Of a DNA stretch of 49,221 bases, positions 33,218 through 43,354 are shown in pieces. The notes under the pieces were generated by a model. It searched no databases. It was not told the DNA's origin and worked only from the letters and a program-made list of their open reading frames with translations. The stretch lies in the sequence record SRR31147125_5119; one strand, written 5' to 3'. Each line of letters begins with the position of its first letter. Position 1 is the first letter of the stretch. The position numbers and the translations under genes were made by a program.

Positions 33218-34807
33218 ATGGAATTGAAAAAGATTTCTGTTGTCTTGCACGTGCCCTCTGATCTTCCCAACAATATAACAGATTTTGAAAAAATGTTAGA
33301 CTCTTTAAAAAATCAAAATTATGCTCATTTCCGGGTCATCTTGTTTGGTAATAGTGACTTTGGTAAAGAGATCGCTAAAAAGTATGGATTTCAATTTGTT
33401 CACACTCTTTTTACATCGAAATCGAAAGCCTTGAATGTGGCATTTAAAAAGGCGACGGGAGACTATGTCCTTTATTGTAACAATGAATTTAATATTATTG
33501 AATTCAAGAGATCAGCTCTCTTGTTTTATAATATGGTGATGAATCGTCATCGTTTTTGTTCTCTTTTATATACAGATTATGATTTTATAGATAATGGAAT
33601 TAAAAATGAGAGAAAACTATTAGAATTTCATGAGGGTCGAATTCGTGAAAGTTGGGATATGGGCTACTGTATTTTGTTCCGTCGTCGTTTTTTAGAAACA
33701 GTTGGATTTTTGGATGAAAGATATCAGTACAATCCTATTTATGATCTTTGTCTCAAGGCTTTTAACGCCGGAGAAATTGTACATTGTTCAAACAGATTTA
33801 ATGGAGTGCCATATCATGTTTACAAAGAGTCCGAGACATTGGATGTATTTGCTTATTTAAAAGCTGGTAAAGATATCGCACTGGAGTTAGAAACTATTTG
33901 TACGGAACATCTGAAACGAATTGGAGCTTATTTATCACCCAATCAGTTTTATCAAACGGTCTTTTATGAACCTGAAGAAGAATTAGCGTTTAAAGAGTGT
34001 ATTGCCAGTGTGGTTGTGCCGGTATTTGGCCGCCCGGAGTTTATAGGTCCTGCCATTGATTCGATTCAAAATCAAACAATCAAAAATATTGAAGCTGTTA
34101 TTGTCTGTAACGGTGGGGAACAGGATCCGACGGTTGCAGAAGTAAAAAGATATCTGCCTGAAGGAGATAAATATGATCCACAAAAGCCAAAGGTTCGATT
34201 AATTGTGCATGATATGAATAATATCGGGCTCTGTTTGAACCATGCTCTGCAAACATCGACGGCAAAGTACTATATTCAGTTGGATTCAGATGATTTACTG
34301 TTTGAGAATGCCGTAGAAAAGATATTGGAGGTTTATGACAAGGATGATAAAATTGGTATGGTGATTGGGACCTATCAGGTTTTCGAAAAGGAGAGAGATG
34401 GGACTATCGTGCCTGTTATGGTCGATAATCAGCCATTTATTGTTACTCATGATGAGTGGACTGAGGAGAATGGTCGCAATAATCTTCTCAGGATAGGAGG
34501 GGCTGGTGCCCCGCGTTCGATAAAAATTAAAGTTTTACAGGATATAGGCTGGTTTGGTATGAATGATTCACCATATTCACGCAATTATGGTGAAGATTAT
34601 GAGCTTGTGAATAAAGTGGCAGAACATTATAAAATCGGTCGGCTCTGGGAACCAATCTATAAGGTCGTACGCCATCCCGGTGGTACCGATCATATGATAA
34701 ATCAGCAGACAATCGATGTCAATGATAATGCAAAAGATGCCATGCGATTGGAGGCCATTCGACGCCGACAAAGCATGAATGCAGTGAATAAATCTGCTGA
34801 AAATTGA
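33218..34807 (+). CDS. Glycosyltransferase family 2 protein (two GT-A-like domains)
   Basis: ASVVVPVFGR, YIQLDSDD (DxD), YGEDY; degenerate N-terminal GT2 domain; ATG 33218 after AAGGAG. Confidence 0.85.
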   Translation: MELKKISVVLHVPSDLPNNITDFEKMLDSLKNQNYAHFRVILFGNSDFGKEIAKKYGFQFVHTLFTSKSKALNVAFKKATGDYVLYCNNEFNIIEFKRSALLFYNMVMNRHRFCSLLYTDYDFIDNGIKNERKLLEFHEGRIRESWDMGYCILFRRRFLETVGFLDERYQYNPIYDLCLKAFNAGEIVHCSNRFNGVPYHVYKESETLDVFAYLKAGKDIALELETICTEHLKRIGAYLSPNQFYQTVFYEPEEELAFKECIASVVVPVFGRPEFIGPAIDSIQNQTIKNIEAVIVCNGGEQDPTVAEVKRYLPEGDKYDPQKPKVRLIVHDMNNIGLCLNHALQTSTAKYYIQLDSDDLLFENAVEKILEVYDKDDKIGMVIGTYQVFEKERDGTIVPVMVDNQPFIVTHDEWTEENGRNNLLRIGGAGAPRSIKIKVLQDIGWFGMNDSPYSRNYGEDYELVNKVAEHYKIGRLWEPIYKVVRHPGGTDHMINQQTIDVNDNAKDAMRLEAIRRRQSMNAVNKSAEN

Positions 34808-34831
34808 TTTTCTATTATAGAAACAATTCAG

Positions 34832-35809
34832 CTAAATATGAATACTACTTTGCTGAATGTTCTCCAATATATTATTATTAATAGTGATGTTTACTTCTTT
34901 AAGTGCAAGTATACCTGCCCCTATCACAGGTTCAAAAAGTGGTTGCATGAACTCGATATCATTTAAATAGCGAGCTGTACTGGTCTTCATATGGGGTATC
35001 AATATCTCTTGTTGATTAAAAATGCTGCCAACCAATGCTACTGTAACTTTTTGATGGTGTAATCCCATTTGTTTGGTAATGGCTACAATGAGATTTCCCA
35101 GTTCCTTTCCTGCTGTTTTTATAATGTTTTGCGCTATTTTGTCTCCATTAGTGGATTCCTGAAATACCAGTGGAGCCAGACCAGAAATATCAGAACGATC
35201 AATTGTACCTGAATATACGGGAGGTATAATCAAATCAATATGATCAAGATTAAATTTATTTTCGATTATCTTTAATAGAGATGTGTCCTGACCCTGGCCA
35301 TCGTAGTTTTTCAAGGCAGCCACGATGGCTTGTTGTCCTATATAATAACCACTTCCTTCATCTCCTAACAGATAACCCCAGCCACCTGATCGATAAAGAG
35401 TGCCGTCCTTCGATTTTCCAAAACAGATGGAACCCGTTCCCGATATGAGTATGATTCCCGCTTCTCCGGCAAAGGCGCCTGCGATGGCGGCGGCAGCGTC
35501 GGTATCGACTGTGATCTTTTGTGCGAGACCTAATGGGGATATGATAGAGTAAATCGTCTGCCTATCGGAGAGTCTGCCTGCTCCTGATAGCCCCATGTAT
35601 AAATGATCTACTGTCTGAATAGACATGTTTGATTTTTTCAGCAGATCATGAACCACATTTTGTATCGTTTGCCGGAATGCTTCTTTCCCTGTTACCTGAA
35701 AATTAGAAGATTTTCCAACTGCATGTGCTTGTATCGTGCCACTTTTGTCCATTAAAACAGCAGCTGTTTTTGTACCGCCACCGTCTATGCCGATAATAAA
35801 TCCAGGCAT
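34832..35809 (-). CDS. BadF/BadG/BcrA/BcrD-type sugar kinase (GlcNAc/MurNAc kinase-like)
   Basis: GIDGGGTKT, GLSGAGR, ISGTGS, GGWGYLLGDEGSGYYIG. Confidence 0.88.
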   Translation of the reverse strand: MPGFIIGIDGGGTKTAAVLMDKSGTIQAHAVGKSSNFQVTGKEAFRQTIQNVVHDLLKKSNMSIQTVDHLYMGLSGAGRLSDRQTIYSIISPLGLAQKITVDTDAAAAIAGAFAGEAGIILISGTGSICFGKSKDGTLYRSGGWGYLLGDEGSGYYIGQQAIVAALKNYDGQGQDTSLLKIIENKFNLDHIDLIIPPVYSGTIDRSDISGLAPLVFQESTNGDKIAQNIIKTAGKELGNLIVAITKQMGLHHQKVTVALVGSIFNQQEILIPHMKTSTARYLNDIEFMQPLFEPVIGAGILALKEVNITINNNILENIQQSSIHI

Positions 35810-35812
35810 GGT

Positions 35813-36379
35813 TTAACACTCCCTTAAATTTTTGACTCGATTTGCCAGTGCTTTAGCTATAACTGTTGCCATAAGGGCTTTGATTAATCCGCCAGGTAAG
35901 AATAAAAAAACGCCGGAATAGAGCGCGTTTTGCATTGTAAAGGCTTTATGAAGGAAAAAATTGATAGAGAAATATAGCCATAATGCGCCAAACAACAGTA
36001 TTATAATAACGCTTAAAAAATTGATTGTAAACAGGTATAAAATATTATCCGTTTTTTTTATGGACAGCATCGATGATATAAAAAATGCTGCCACAGGGAG
36101 GCTTAACAAGTATCCAAAGGTTGGCTGGAAAATATAACCTAAACCTCCTCCATTGGCAAAAATGGGGAATCCTATCAATCCCAGCAGGAGGTATACGATC
36201 TGACTAATCGCTGCATATTGGGGAGCAAGAAGAGAGCCTGCCAGCATTGTAAATAATGTTTGCAATGTCAATGGAACCGGATAAAATGGTATTTTCAACC
36301 AGGCACCCAGTGCTGTCAGGGCCGTGAAAAGACCTGATAATATCAGCATGTATGTCCTGGATTTTGGGGTATTTTTCAT
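35813..36379 (-). CDS. bioY: Biotin transporter BioY
   Basis: PVPLTLQT, YLLLGLIGFPIFA, PTFGYL; hydrophobic ECF S-component. Confidence 0.93.
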   Translation of the reverse strand: MKNTPKSRTYMLILSGLFTALTALGAWLKIPFYPVPLTLQTLFTMLAGSLLAPQYAAISQIVYLLLGLIGFPIFANGGGLGYIFQPTFGYLLSLPVAAFFISSMLSIKKTDNILYLFTINFLSVIIILLFGALWLYFSINFFLHKAFTMQNALYSGVFLFLPGGLIKALMATVIAKALANRVKNLREC

Positions 36380-36407
36380 GAACCAGTCACATATGTAAAT
36401 AAATTAT

Positions 36408-36490
36408 CATTGTAAAGAACCCAGAGCCGGTTTATTTTTACAATGGTTCGATAAATTGTACAAATATAACAAGCATTTTTTAGTAAACAA
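36408..36490 (-). promoter_or_regulatory. BirA-type operator and bioY promoter
   Basis: CATTGTAAA-N20-TTTACAATG (36408-36445): same half-sites and 20-nt spacing as E. coli bioO (TTGTAAA-N20-TTTACAA); promoter TTGTTT-16-TATATT at 36490-36463. Confidence 0.75.
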
Positions 36491-36791
36491 GATATTTTTC
36501 ATTTAGGTCATTCTTGGACTTGATTCTATGACAAATTATATTAATTTAATAAATTATATGAACTGTTTTAAGAGGTAAATAAAGATATTTCCGAATGTGA
36601 TGAATTGTTTCTTCTCACAGGTTCGGTATGGGTTTTATATAATGTAAAATATTTTATGCTTTAACGGTTATAATTTTAAAAAATAGACTCATCATTTTAA
36701 TCTATGATTTTGATTTCTCATAAAAATCTTTAATTTTAATAAAGTATCTTAACAATCATTCGTGCTCACTTTTAAAGAAGGGGATGTTAGA

Positions 36792-38215
36792 TTGAGGCAA
36801 ACGGTAAAAAATTCATATCCATTACCGCGGGATCTCGTTGACTATGCCAGGCACGTAAAAAGATATTATGGTGGTATATTTGCGCCCAGAAGAAACATAT
36901 TTATTGCTCGTGCACCCGCTCAATTGGAGATTATGGGCGGAAGCGCCCGTTGTTCAGGTTCAACTGTTGTAGAGGGTACGCTAAAAGAAGCTACTATAGT
37001 TGGATTGCAAAAACGACACGATCGCCGAATTGTAATGCGTCGCTTAGGTTCCCGAGAGGAAAATTTGACCAATCTCATGGAATATCATTTGGATGATTTG
37101 TATGAGGATGGGCACATTAGAGAGTTGGAAAATCTGAAAAAGGGATCCTCAGATTCCATCCATGAGAGGTGGGGAGCTCATGTTGCGGGCGTTTTTAGTA
37201 TTTTATTAAAGGAAGGGCTTGTTCCTGGTTTTGAAAAAGGTGCGAACATTGGTATATGGAGTGATTTGCCATTAAATGGAGGTGTTAATTTTCATACAAC
37301 ATTATATATTGCAACGATGCAGGCTCTTCAACATGCTTTTGAATTGGAGCTGGATCAATTTCAAATAGCACGGTCTTGCCAGTTGCTGGGAAACAGCATG
37401 TCAGGCAGATCCACCAGTATTGTTGATGATGTTATTGCTACCATAGGTGAAGAAGGGAAAATCGTTGAATTCTTGTGTCAACCGTATGAAGTGCTTTCAA
37501 CTATAGATATTCCAAAAGGTTATCAATTTGTTGGACTTTGTCTCGGTGGTGATCAGAACTTGATGGACACTCGATATGATGATATTCGCGTTGCAACGTA
37601 TATGAGTAGAAATATTATCGTTGATCACTATAAGAATATTCAGGATCAGATTGCATATGGTGGCTATCTCTGTAATATAACTACTGACGAATGGGAAAAT
37701 GAAGTAAAAAAAAGAGTATCAGGTAAAATGTCAGGATTGGATTACCTGAATCAATATCCTTCGCACAGTGATCCTCCAAGCCAGATAATTCCGGAAAAAA
37801 GCTATTTATTAAGAAAAAAAGCGAATTTTTGATAATAGAAAATGATCTGTCCAAAAGCTTTATTCAACTTTTGAAAACCATGAATGAAAAACCAGAAGAA
37901 TCACTGATGATCCAGGCCGGACAATTAATGTATGATTCTCATGAAAATCATAAGAAGAATGGCGTTTTAAGTGTAAAGGCACAAAACGAAATTGTTGATG
38001 CTGTTAAGGAATTAGGCGTTGAAAATGGGCTGTATGGTGCCAAGATGACAAATGATTCCAGATTACTTGTTATTTTGGCTGCCGAAGGGGCAGATGATAA
38101 TATTAAAAACATTGCAGCACAATATTATGATTCTACTAAAAAAGAGCCAATCTTGTTTTTCGGCAGTTCTCCCGGTGCTAATCAATTAGGTGTTGTTAAA
38201 ACTCAATTTGAATGA
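36792..38215 (+). CDS. GHMP (galactokinase/L-arabinokinase-like) fold protein with degenerate catalytic motifs, about 474 aa; split by one apparent frameshift
   Basis: IARAPAQLEIMGG, ERWGAHVAGVF, LCQP, GGYLCNI, LMYDSH, GLYGAKMT. ORFs join with one base added at 37814-37830 (A7 or T5 run); TTG start after AAGGGG. Confidence 0.8.
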
Positions 38216-38242
38216 CGAGAATCTATTTAAAGAGGCATAGCC

Positions 38243-38896
38243 ATGTTGACTGTTTTTGTAGTTATTTTATTATCCTATCTTGTGGGCTCAATTCCTACCA
38301 GCATCATTGTTGGAAAACTATATAAAGGTATTGATATACGTGAGCACGGCAGCGGTAATGCGGGAGGAACCAATGTTTTTCGTGTGCTCGGATGGAAACC
38401 AGGGATATTTGTTATATTATTTGATATTTTTAAAGGATTTTTGGCCACCTACTGGATTGCGCAGATTACTCTGGGTCCGGTTCCGCTTGAGTATGGTATG
38501 GTTCAGATAATAGCTGGTTGTTCTGCTATTGTTGGGCACATATGGACGTTGTTTGCTGGTTTTCGTGGTGGTAAGGGTGTTGGTGCAGCGGCGGGCATGC
38601 TTTTAGCTTTATATCCGAATGCTTTAGCCTTTTGTCTGCTCGTTTTTGGGGTTACATTATTATTTTCCAGAATTGTTTCGCTCAGTTCCATTTTGGCGGC
38701 ATTGACGCTTCCGATTGTTCTCACCATTTTTCGCTATTATTTGGATAAACCTGTTATTGTATCACTGTATATATTTAGTTTCTTTGCCTCAGGATTAATC
38801 ATATTTACACATAGATCCAACATCAAACGATTGATAAATGGAACAGAGAACCGGTTTGGCCATAAAAAGAAATCCCCGGATCCATCCGGAATGTAA
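38243..38896 (+). CDS. plsY: Glycerol-3-phosphate acyltransferase PlsY
   Basis: SYLVGSIP, DIREHGSGNAGGTNVFR, FRGGKGV, HRSNIKRL. Confidence 0.96.
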   Translation: MLTVFVVILLSYLVGSIPTSIIVGKLYKGIDIREHGSGNAGGTNVFRVLGWKPGIFVILFDIFKGFLATYWIAQITLGPVPLEYGMVQIIAGCSAIVGHIWTLFAGFRGGKGVGAAAGMLLALYPNALAFCLLVFGVTLLFSRIVSLSSILAALTLPIVLTIFRYYLDKPVIVSLYIFSFFASGLIIFTHRSNIKRLINGTENRFGHKKKSPDPSGM

Positions 38897-38916
38897 TTTT
38901 ATTAACGGCCCAATAT

Positions 38917-39852
38917 ATGAGTGATCAATTTGAGTTGATATTTCTTGGAACGGGAGCTGCTGTTCCTTCGAAAAGACGAGGATTACCATGTTTTGCGATT
39001 GTCAAGGGAGCTAATATCATTCTTTGTGACTGCGGTGAAGGCTCCCAAATGAGGATTTTGGAAGCCGGGATACGTCCGTCAAAGATTCGTCACATTTTTA
39101 TCTCCCATTTGCATGGTGATCATATTTTTGGCTTGCCCGGATTTTTAACCACCCAGCAGATGATGTCCCGCGAACAACCGCTGACAATTTGGGGACCCAT
39201 TGGCCTGAAAGCCTATTTGCAAAACATACAAAATATATCAGGATTTCAGATCCAATTCCCTCTTTTAATCAACGAAATGGATTCAAAGGAAGAAATGCTC
39301 GATATTGGTTTTATTAAAGTAAAGGCCATGCAACTTGAGCATGGGCCTACTGTTTGCTATGGATATCGATTTATTGAACCGAATAAACGCGGACCATTTA
39401 ATAATAAAAAAGCAGAAGCATTGGGAATACCTTCAGGTCCTTTACGGTCAAAATTAGCAAATGGACAAAGTGTTTTATTACCGAATGGCGAAAAATTGAC
39501 ACCGGATCAGGTCCTGGGTGCGGAACAACCTGGCAGGATTCTGGCATTTTGCACAGATACGCGTCCATGTCAGGCTTGCATAGAATTGGCTGATCAGTGT
39601 GATTTTCTTATACATGACAGCACTTTTTCAGATATTCATAGTGATTGGGCAAAAGAGACTGGGCACAGTACATCCAGAGAAGCCGGGAACGTGGCTTTAG
39701 CATCTCATTCAAGACGTTTGGCCCTCTGGCATATCAGTTCCCGATATGATGATGAACTTGAAAACTCGATGTTGCTGCAGGCAAAAGAGGTGTTCTCACA
39801 ATCCACATTGGTTTCCGACTTTCAAACAGTTTCTCTTCAACGCGGAAAGTGA
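38917..39852 (+). CDS. rnz: Ribonuclease Z
   Basis: FLGTGAAVP, DCGEGSQ, HLHGDH metallo-beta-lactamase motif, GIPSGP flexible arm, DTRP, GHST, HISSRY. Confidence 0.93.
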   Translation: MSDQFELIFLGTGAAVPSKRRGLPCFAIVKGANIILCDCGEGSQMRILEAGIRPSKIRHIFISHLHGDHIFGLPGFLTTQQMMSREQPLTIWGPIGLKAYLQNIQNISGFQIQFPLLINEMDSKEEMLDIGFIKVKAMQLEHGPTVCYGYRFIEPNKRGPFNNKKAEALGIPSGPLRSKLANGQSVLLPNGEKLTPDQVLGAEQPGRILAFCTDTRPCQACIELADQCDFLIHDSTFSDIHSDWAKETGHSTSREAGNVALASHSRRLALWHISSRYDDELENSMLLQAKEVFSQSTLVSDFQTVSLQRGK

Positions 39853-39861
39853 TTATTCAGA

Positions 39862-40764
39862 ATGGTTGCCACTATAAATAAAAATCATGCTATTATTATC
39901 CTATGTGCGGGTCTTGTATCAATATCTTTTTCTTCCATTTTTATTAAACTTTGTGACGCTCCTTCTCTGGCAATTGCTGTTTATCGACTTGCTATACCTT
40001 CTTTGCTTTATTCGGGTTACACGTGCACCCGGAAAACAAAGTTTGGTGCAGGTGTGAACAAGTTGCAATTAAAACTTGCTGGTTTCTCAGGAGTGTTTCT
40101 TGCCATTCATTTTGCTGCCTGGATTTCATCATTGAAATTTACATCTGTTTCGAGTTCGGTCGTGCTTGTTCAAAGTTCGCCGATATTTGTGTCTGTTGCA
40201 AGCGCGATATTCCTGCACGAAAAACCATCATTAAGAACAATAATTGGCATATTAATAACCCTTATTGGCGTTATTATTATTGGGATACACGATTTTAGTC
40301 TTGATTCCAGATCGATTTTAGGTAATGTCCTGGCTATAATTGGTGCCATAGGGGCAGCAGGATATTTTGTCGTGGGGCGCAAATTGCGGGTAAGCATGGA
40401 TACTATTACATACGTTACCCTTGTTTACTCTACAGCAGCTCTGATTTTATTTATGATCGTTTTGTTTGCTAAAACGCCATTGGCAGGATTTGGCTTAAAT
40501 ACAATCATTCTGCTTTTCGCGATTGCGCTGGTGCCTCAAATGATTGGACATACCAGTTTGAATTGGGCTCTTAAATATTTTTCAGCCACCTCGGTTTCTA
40601 TCTTGACGCTGAGTGAACCAATCGGTGCGTCTTTGCTTGCTTTGCTGATTTTGGGTGAACCTTTAGGCGCCTTAAAAATAGTGAGTGGACTGATAATTTT
40701 GCTTGGGGTCGCCATTGTGTTTTTAGGCGAAACAAAGGAATACAATACAGGTCAGAATGTTTAA
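39862..40764 (+). CDS. DMT/EamA family transporter
   Basis: About ten hydrophobic segments in two EamA repeats; HFAAWISSL, GHTSLNWAL, LSEPIGA. Confidence 0.9.
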   Translation: MVATINKNHAIIILCAGLVSISFSSIFIKLCDAPSLAIAVYRLAIPSLLYSGYTCTRKTKFGAGVNKLQLKLAGFSGVFLAIHFAAWISSLKFTSVSSSVVLVQSSPIFVSVASAIFLHEKPSLRTIIGILITLIGVIIIGIHDFSLDSRSILGNVLAIIGAIGAAGYFVVGRKLRVSMDTITYVTLVYSTAALILFMIVLFAKTPLAGFGLNTIILLFAIALVPQMIGHTSLNWALKYFSATSVSILTLSEPIGASLLALLILGEPLGALKIVSGLIILLGVAIVFLGETKEYNTGQNV

Positions 40765-40841
40765 TAGAATATGTAAATCAAATTGAAACTATCGATATCG
40801 GGGAGCAGTTCCTCAAGTTTGGTACGATAGAATACTAAAAA

Positions 40842-42836
40842 ATGGTTAAAAAAATGAAAAGTGAACAGGCTCATATTTTACATATTGGTTCAAAGCATGT
40901 TTCTTTGTTCAAAGAAATTGTCACTCAGCTCAAGGGCGGATGGCATTATAAGATAGTGCAAAACCAAAAGGATCTCGATCAGGAGATTGGCGTATCCGGG
41001 CAAACCATTCTTGTTATTGACGAAGATCAGTACGAAATAGTAAAAGAATTACATATTTTAGAGAAACTGAATAGACAGCGATTTGCTGTTCTGAATATTA
41101 TACCTGATGGCGAATCCCCGGATGCTGAATTTGATGAGTTTGAAGAATACCTGTCTGTGCCATTATCCACCTGGCGTACTGTCAGAACTCTGCATCAACT
41201 CTTTTCTGCATTACGAACGAGAAAGCGAATGCAAAATCTGGAGAATAAACTCACTTCACGCGGTCAGGAGCTTTCAGAACTTAATAAAATTGGTGTCGCT
41301 TTATCAGCGGAACGGGATCCGGATACATTATTGGACATGATTCTCAGCAAGGCACGGGAAATCACCTTAGCAGATGCGGGAAGCCTTTATCTGGTGGAAA
41401 AAATTCCTGGTACACCTGAGAATGAGAGTAATTACTGGATAGACAAACAACTGCGTTTCAAATTGGCGCAAAATGATTCCCTGACAGCCAGTTATAAAGA
41501 ATTTGTGCTTCCTGTAGAGAAAAAAAGTATGGCAGGTTATGCCGCATTAACAGGAGAGCCACTGAATATTACTGATGCATATGATTTAGATCCTTCGAGT
41601 CCGGTCCAGCACAACCGAAGTTTTGACGATAAGATGGGATATAAGACAAAGTCTATTTTGTGTTTACCGATGACGAATCATCGTAATGAAGTCATCGGAG
41701 TACTTCAACTCATTAACCGAAAAAGAGAATGGAATTCCAAACTTGTTTTTGATGATACACTGGAGAGGCAAATACTTGCCTTTGATAATCGCTGTGTTGA
41801 ATTGGCTTCCTCTCTTGCAAGTCAGGCAGCTGTTAGTATTGAAAACATGCATTTGTATGAAGAAATTAAACAACTTTTTGAGGGATTCATTGTTGCATCT
41901 GTTCATGCCATCGAGCAAAGGGATCCAACAACCTCAGGGCATTCGGAAAGAGTCGCTACGTTGACTGTTAACCTGGCTAAAACGATTGATAAAACAAATG
42001 TCGGCCCCTATAAGGATTTGCATTTTACAAGAGAGGATATCCAGCAAATCAATTATGCTTCATTGTTGCATGATTTTGGCAAAATTGGTGTACGTGAAAA
42101 TGTTTTGGTAAAAGCCAAAAAGCTCTATCCTGATCAGCTTGAGGCCATTAAATTTCGATTCAAGTATGTAAAGAAAGCCAGGGAAATTCAGATTACACAA
42201 AAAAAGATAAATGATATGCTCAACTCACCTCGTGACAAAGCTATCGCAAATATGGAACATTTGGAACGCGCATTTCAGCAATGGTCAAAGCAACTGGATA
42301 ATTATTTGGATTTTATATTAACTGCCAACGAGCCACGTGTTTTGGAAGAAGGCAGTTATGAAAAATTGCAGGAAATTGGCAAACTGGTTTTTCGTGAAAG
42401 TGGAAAAACACAGCCGTTTATTACAAACGATGAAATTGGATTGTTGTCTATTGCCCGCGGTAGCTTGAGTGAAACTGAGAGAAAAGAGATTGAATCACAT
42501 GTGACACATACATTTAATTTTTTAAGTAAAATTCCATGGGCATCTCATTTAAAAAACATACCCCAAATTGCCTATGCTCATCATGAAAAGTTGGATGGAA
42601 AGGGATACCCTCGGGGCCTGAGCAGTGAGAATATTCCAATTCCTTCTAAAATGATGGCCATATCCGATATTTTTGATGCCCTGACTGCCTCGGATCGTCC
42701 TTATAAACGGGCTGTTCCAACGGAGCGGGCTCTGGATATTTTGGGATACGAAGTCAAAGATGGTAAACTGGATTCTGACATGTTTAATGTATTTCTGGAA
42801 GCGAAAATTTATGAGCTGGTGAAAAAGCCTGAGTGA
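40842..42836 (+). CDS. GAF plus HD-GYP cyclic-dinucleotide phosphodiesterase
   Basis: ADAGSLYL...GYKTKSILCLPM...GVLQLIN GAF domain; TSGHSERV, LHDFGK, HHEKLDGKGYP, DIFDALT..RPYK. Confidence 0.92.
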   Translation: MVKKMKSEQAHILHIGSKHVSLFKEIVTQLKGGWHYKIVQNQKDLDQEIGVSGQTILVIDEDQYEIVKELHILEKLNRQRFAVLNIIPDGESPDAEFDEFEEYLSVPLSTWRTVRTLHQLFSALRTRKRMQNLENKLTSRGQELSELNKIGVALSAERDPDTLLDMILSKAREITLADAGSLYLVEKIPGTPENESNYWIDKQLRFKLAQNDSLTASYKEFVLPVEKKSMAGYAALTGEPLNITDAYDLDPSSPVQHNRSFDDKMGYKTKSILCLPMTNHRNEVIGVLQLINRKREWNSKLVFDDTLERQILAFDNRCVELASSLASQAAVSIENMHLYEEIKQLFEGFIVASVHAIEQRDPTTSGHSERVATLTVNLAKTIDKTNVGPYKDLHFTREDIQQINYASLLHDFGKIGVRENVLVKAKKLYPDQLEAIKFRFKYVKKAREIQITQKKINDMLNSPRDKAIANMEHLERAFQQWSKQLDNYLDFILTANEPRVLEEGSYEKLQEIGKLVFRESGKTQPFITNDEIGLLSIARGSLSETERKEIESHVTHTFNFLSKIPWASHLKNIPQIAYAHHEKLDGKGYPRGLSSENIPIPSKMMAISDIFDALTASDRPYKRAVPTERALDILGYEVKDGKLDSDMFNVFLEAKIYELVKKPE

Positions 42837-42908
42837 TGTCAAATTATTGTAAAATAGTCGCCACATTGGGTGTTGTTATTTTTGTTTATCAATTTATTGG
42901 GAGAAAAA

Positions 42909-43322
42909 ATGAAATCCTTTACTGATTATGTTTGGTTTAACACAAAAAAACACCGGGAATTTGTCATTATTACTGACAAGGTTGAAGATGTCGTAAGGCA
43001 AAGTGGTATAAACGAAGGTATGGTACTTGTCTCAGCAATGCATATCACTGCTGCTGTTTATGTGAATGATGCGGAATCGGGTCTGATACAGGATATTGAA
43101 GAATGGCTGCAAAACCTGGCTCCTGAAGGCCCGGATTATCGTCACCACCGTACAGGTGAAGTGAATGGCGATGCGCATTTGAAAAGTTTGCTCATGCATC
43201 ATCAGGTGATTGTACCCATTACAGATGGCAGATTGGATTTAGGCCCATGGCAGCAGATCTATTATGCCGAATTTGATGGCCAACGGAGGAAACGATTGGT
43301 CATTAAAGCAATGGGGGAATAA
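42909..43322 (+). CDS. yjbQ: YjbQ/UPF0047 family protein
   Basis: [40 protein letters not shown] 42909 after GGGAG. Confidence 0.9.
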   Translation: MKSFTDYVWFNTKKHREFVIITDKVEDVVRQSGINEGMVLVSAMHITAAVYVNDAESGLIQDIEEWLQNLAPEGPDYRHHRTGEVNGDAHLKSLLMHHQVIVPITDGRLDLGPWQQIYYAEFDGQRRKRLVIKAMGE

Positions 43323-43354
43323 TCGATCCCTAACGCATCAGAGCAGTCTGGGAA

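Noticed and set aside
32659-34807. Genomic island integrated at tRNA-Lys
   Set aside because: No integrase and no duplicated tRNA 3' end; the tRNA's 3' side abuts uvrA directly.
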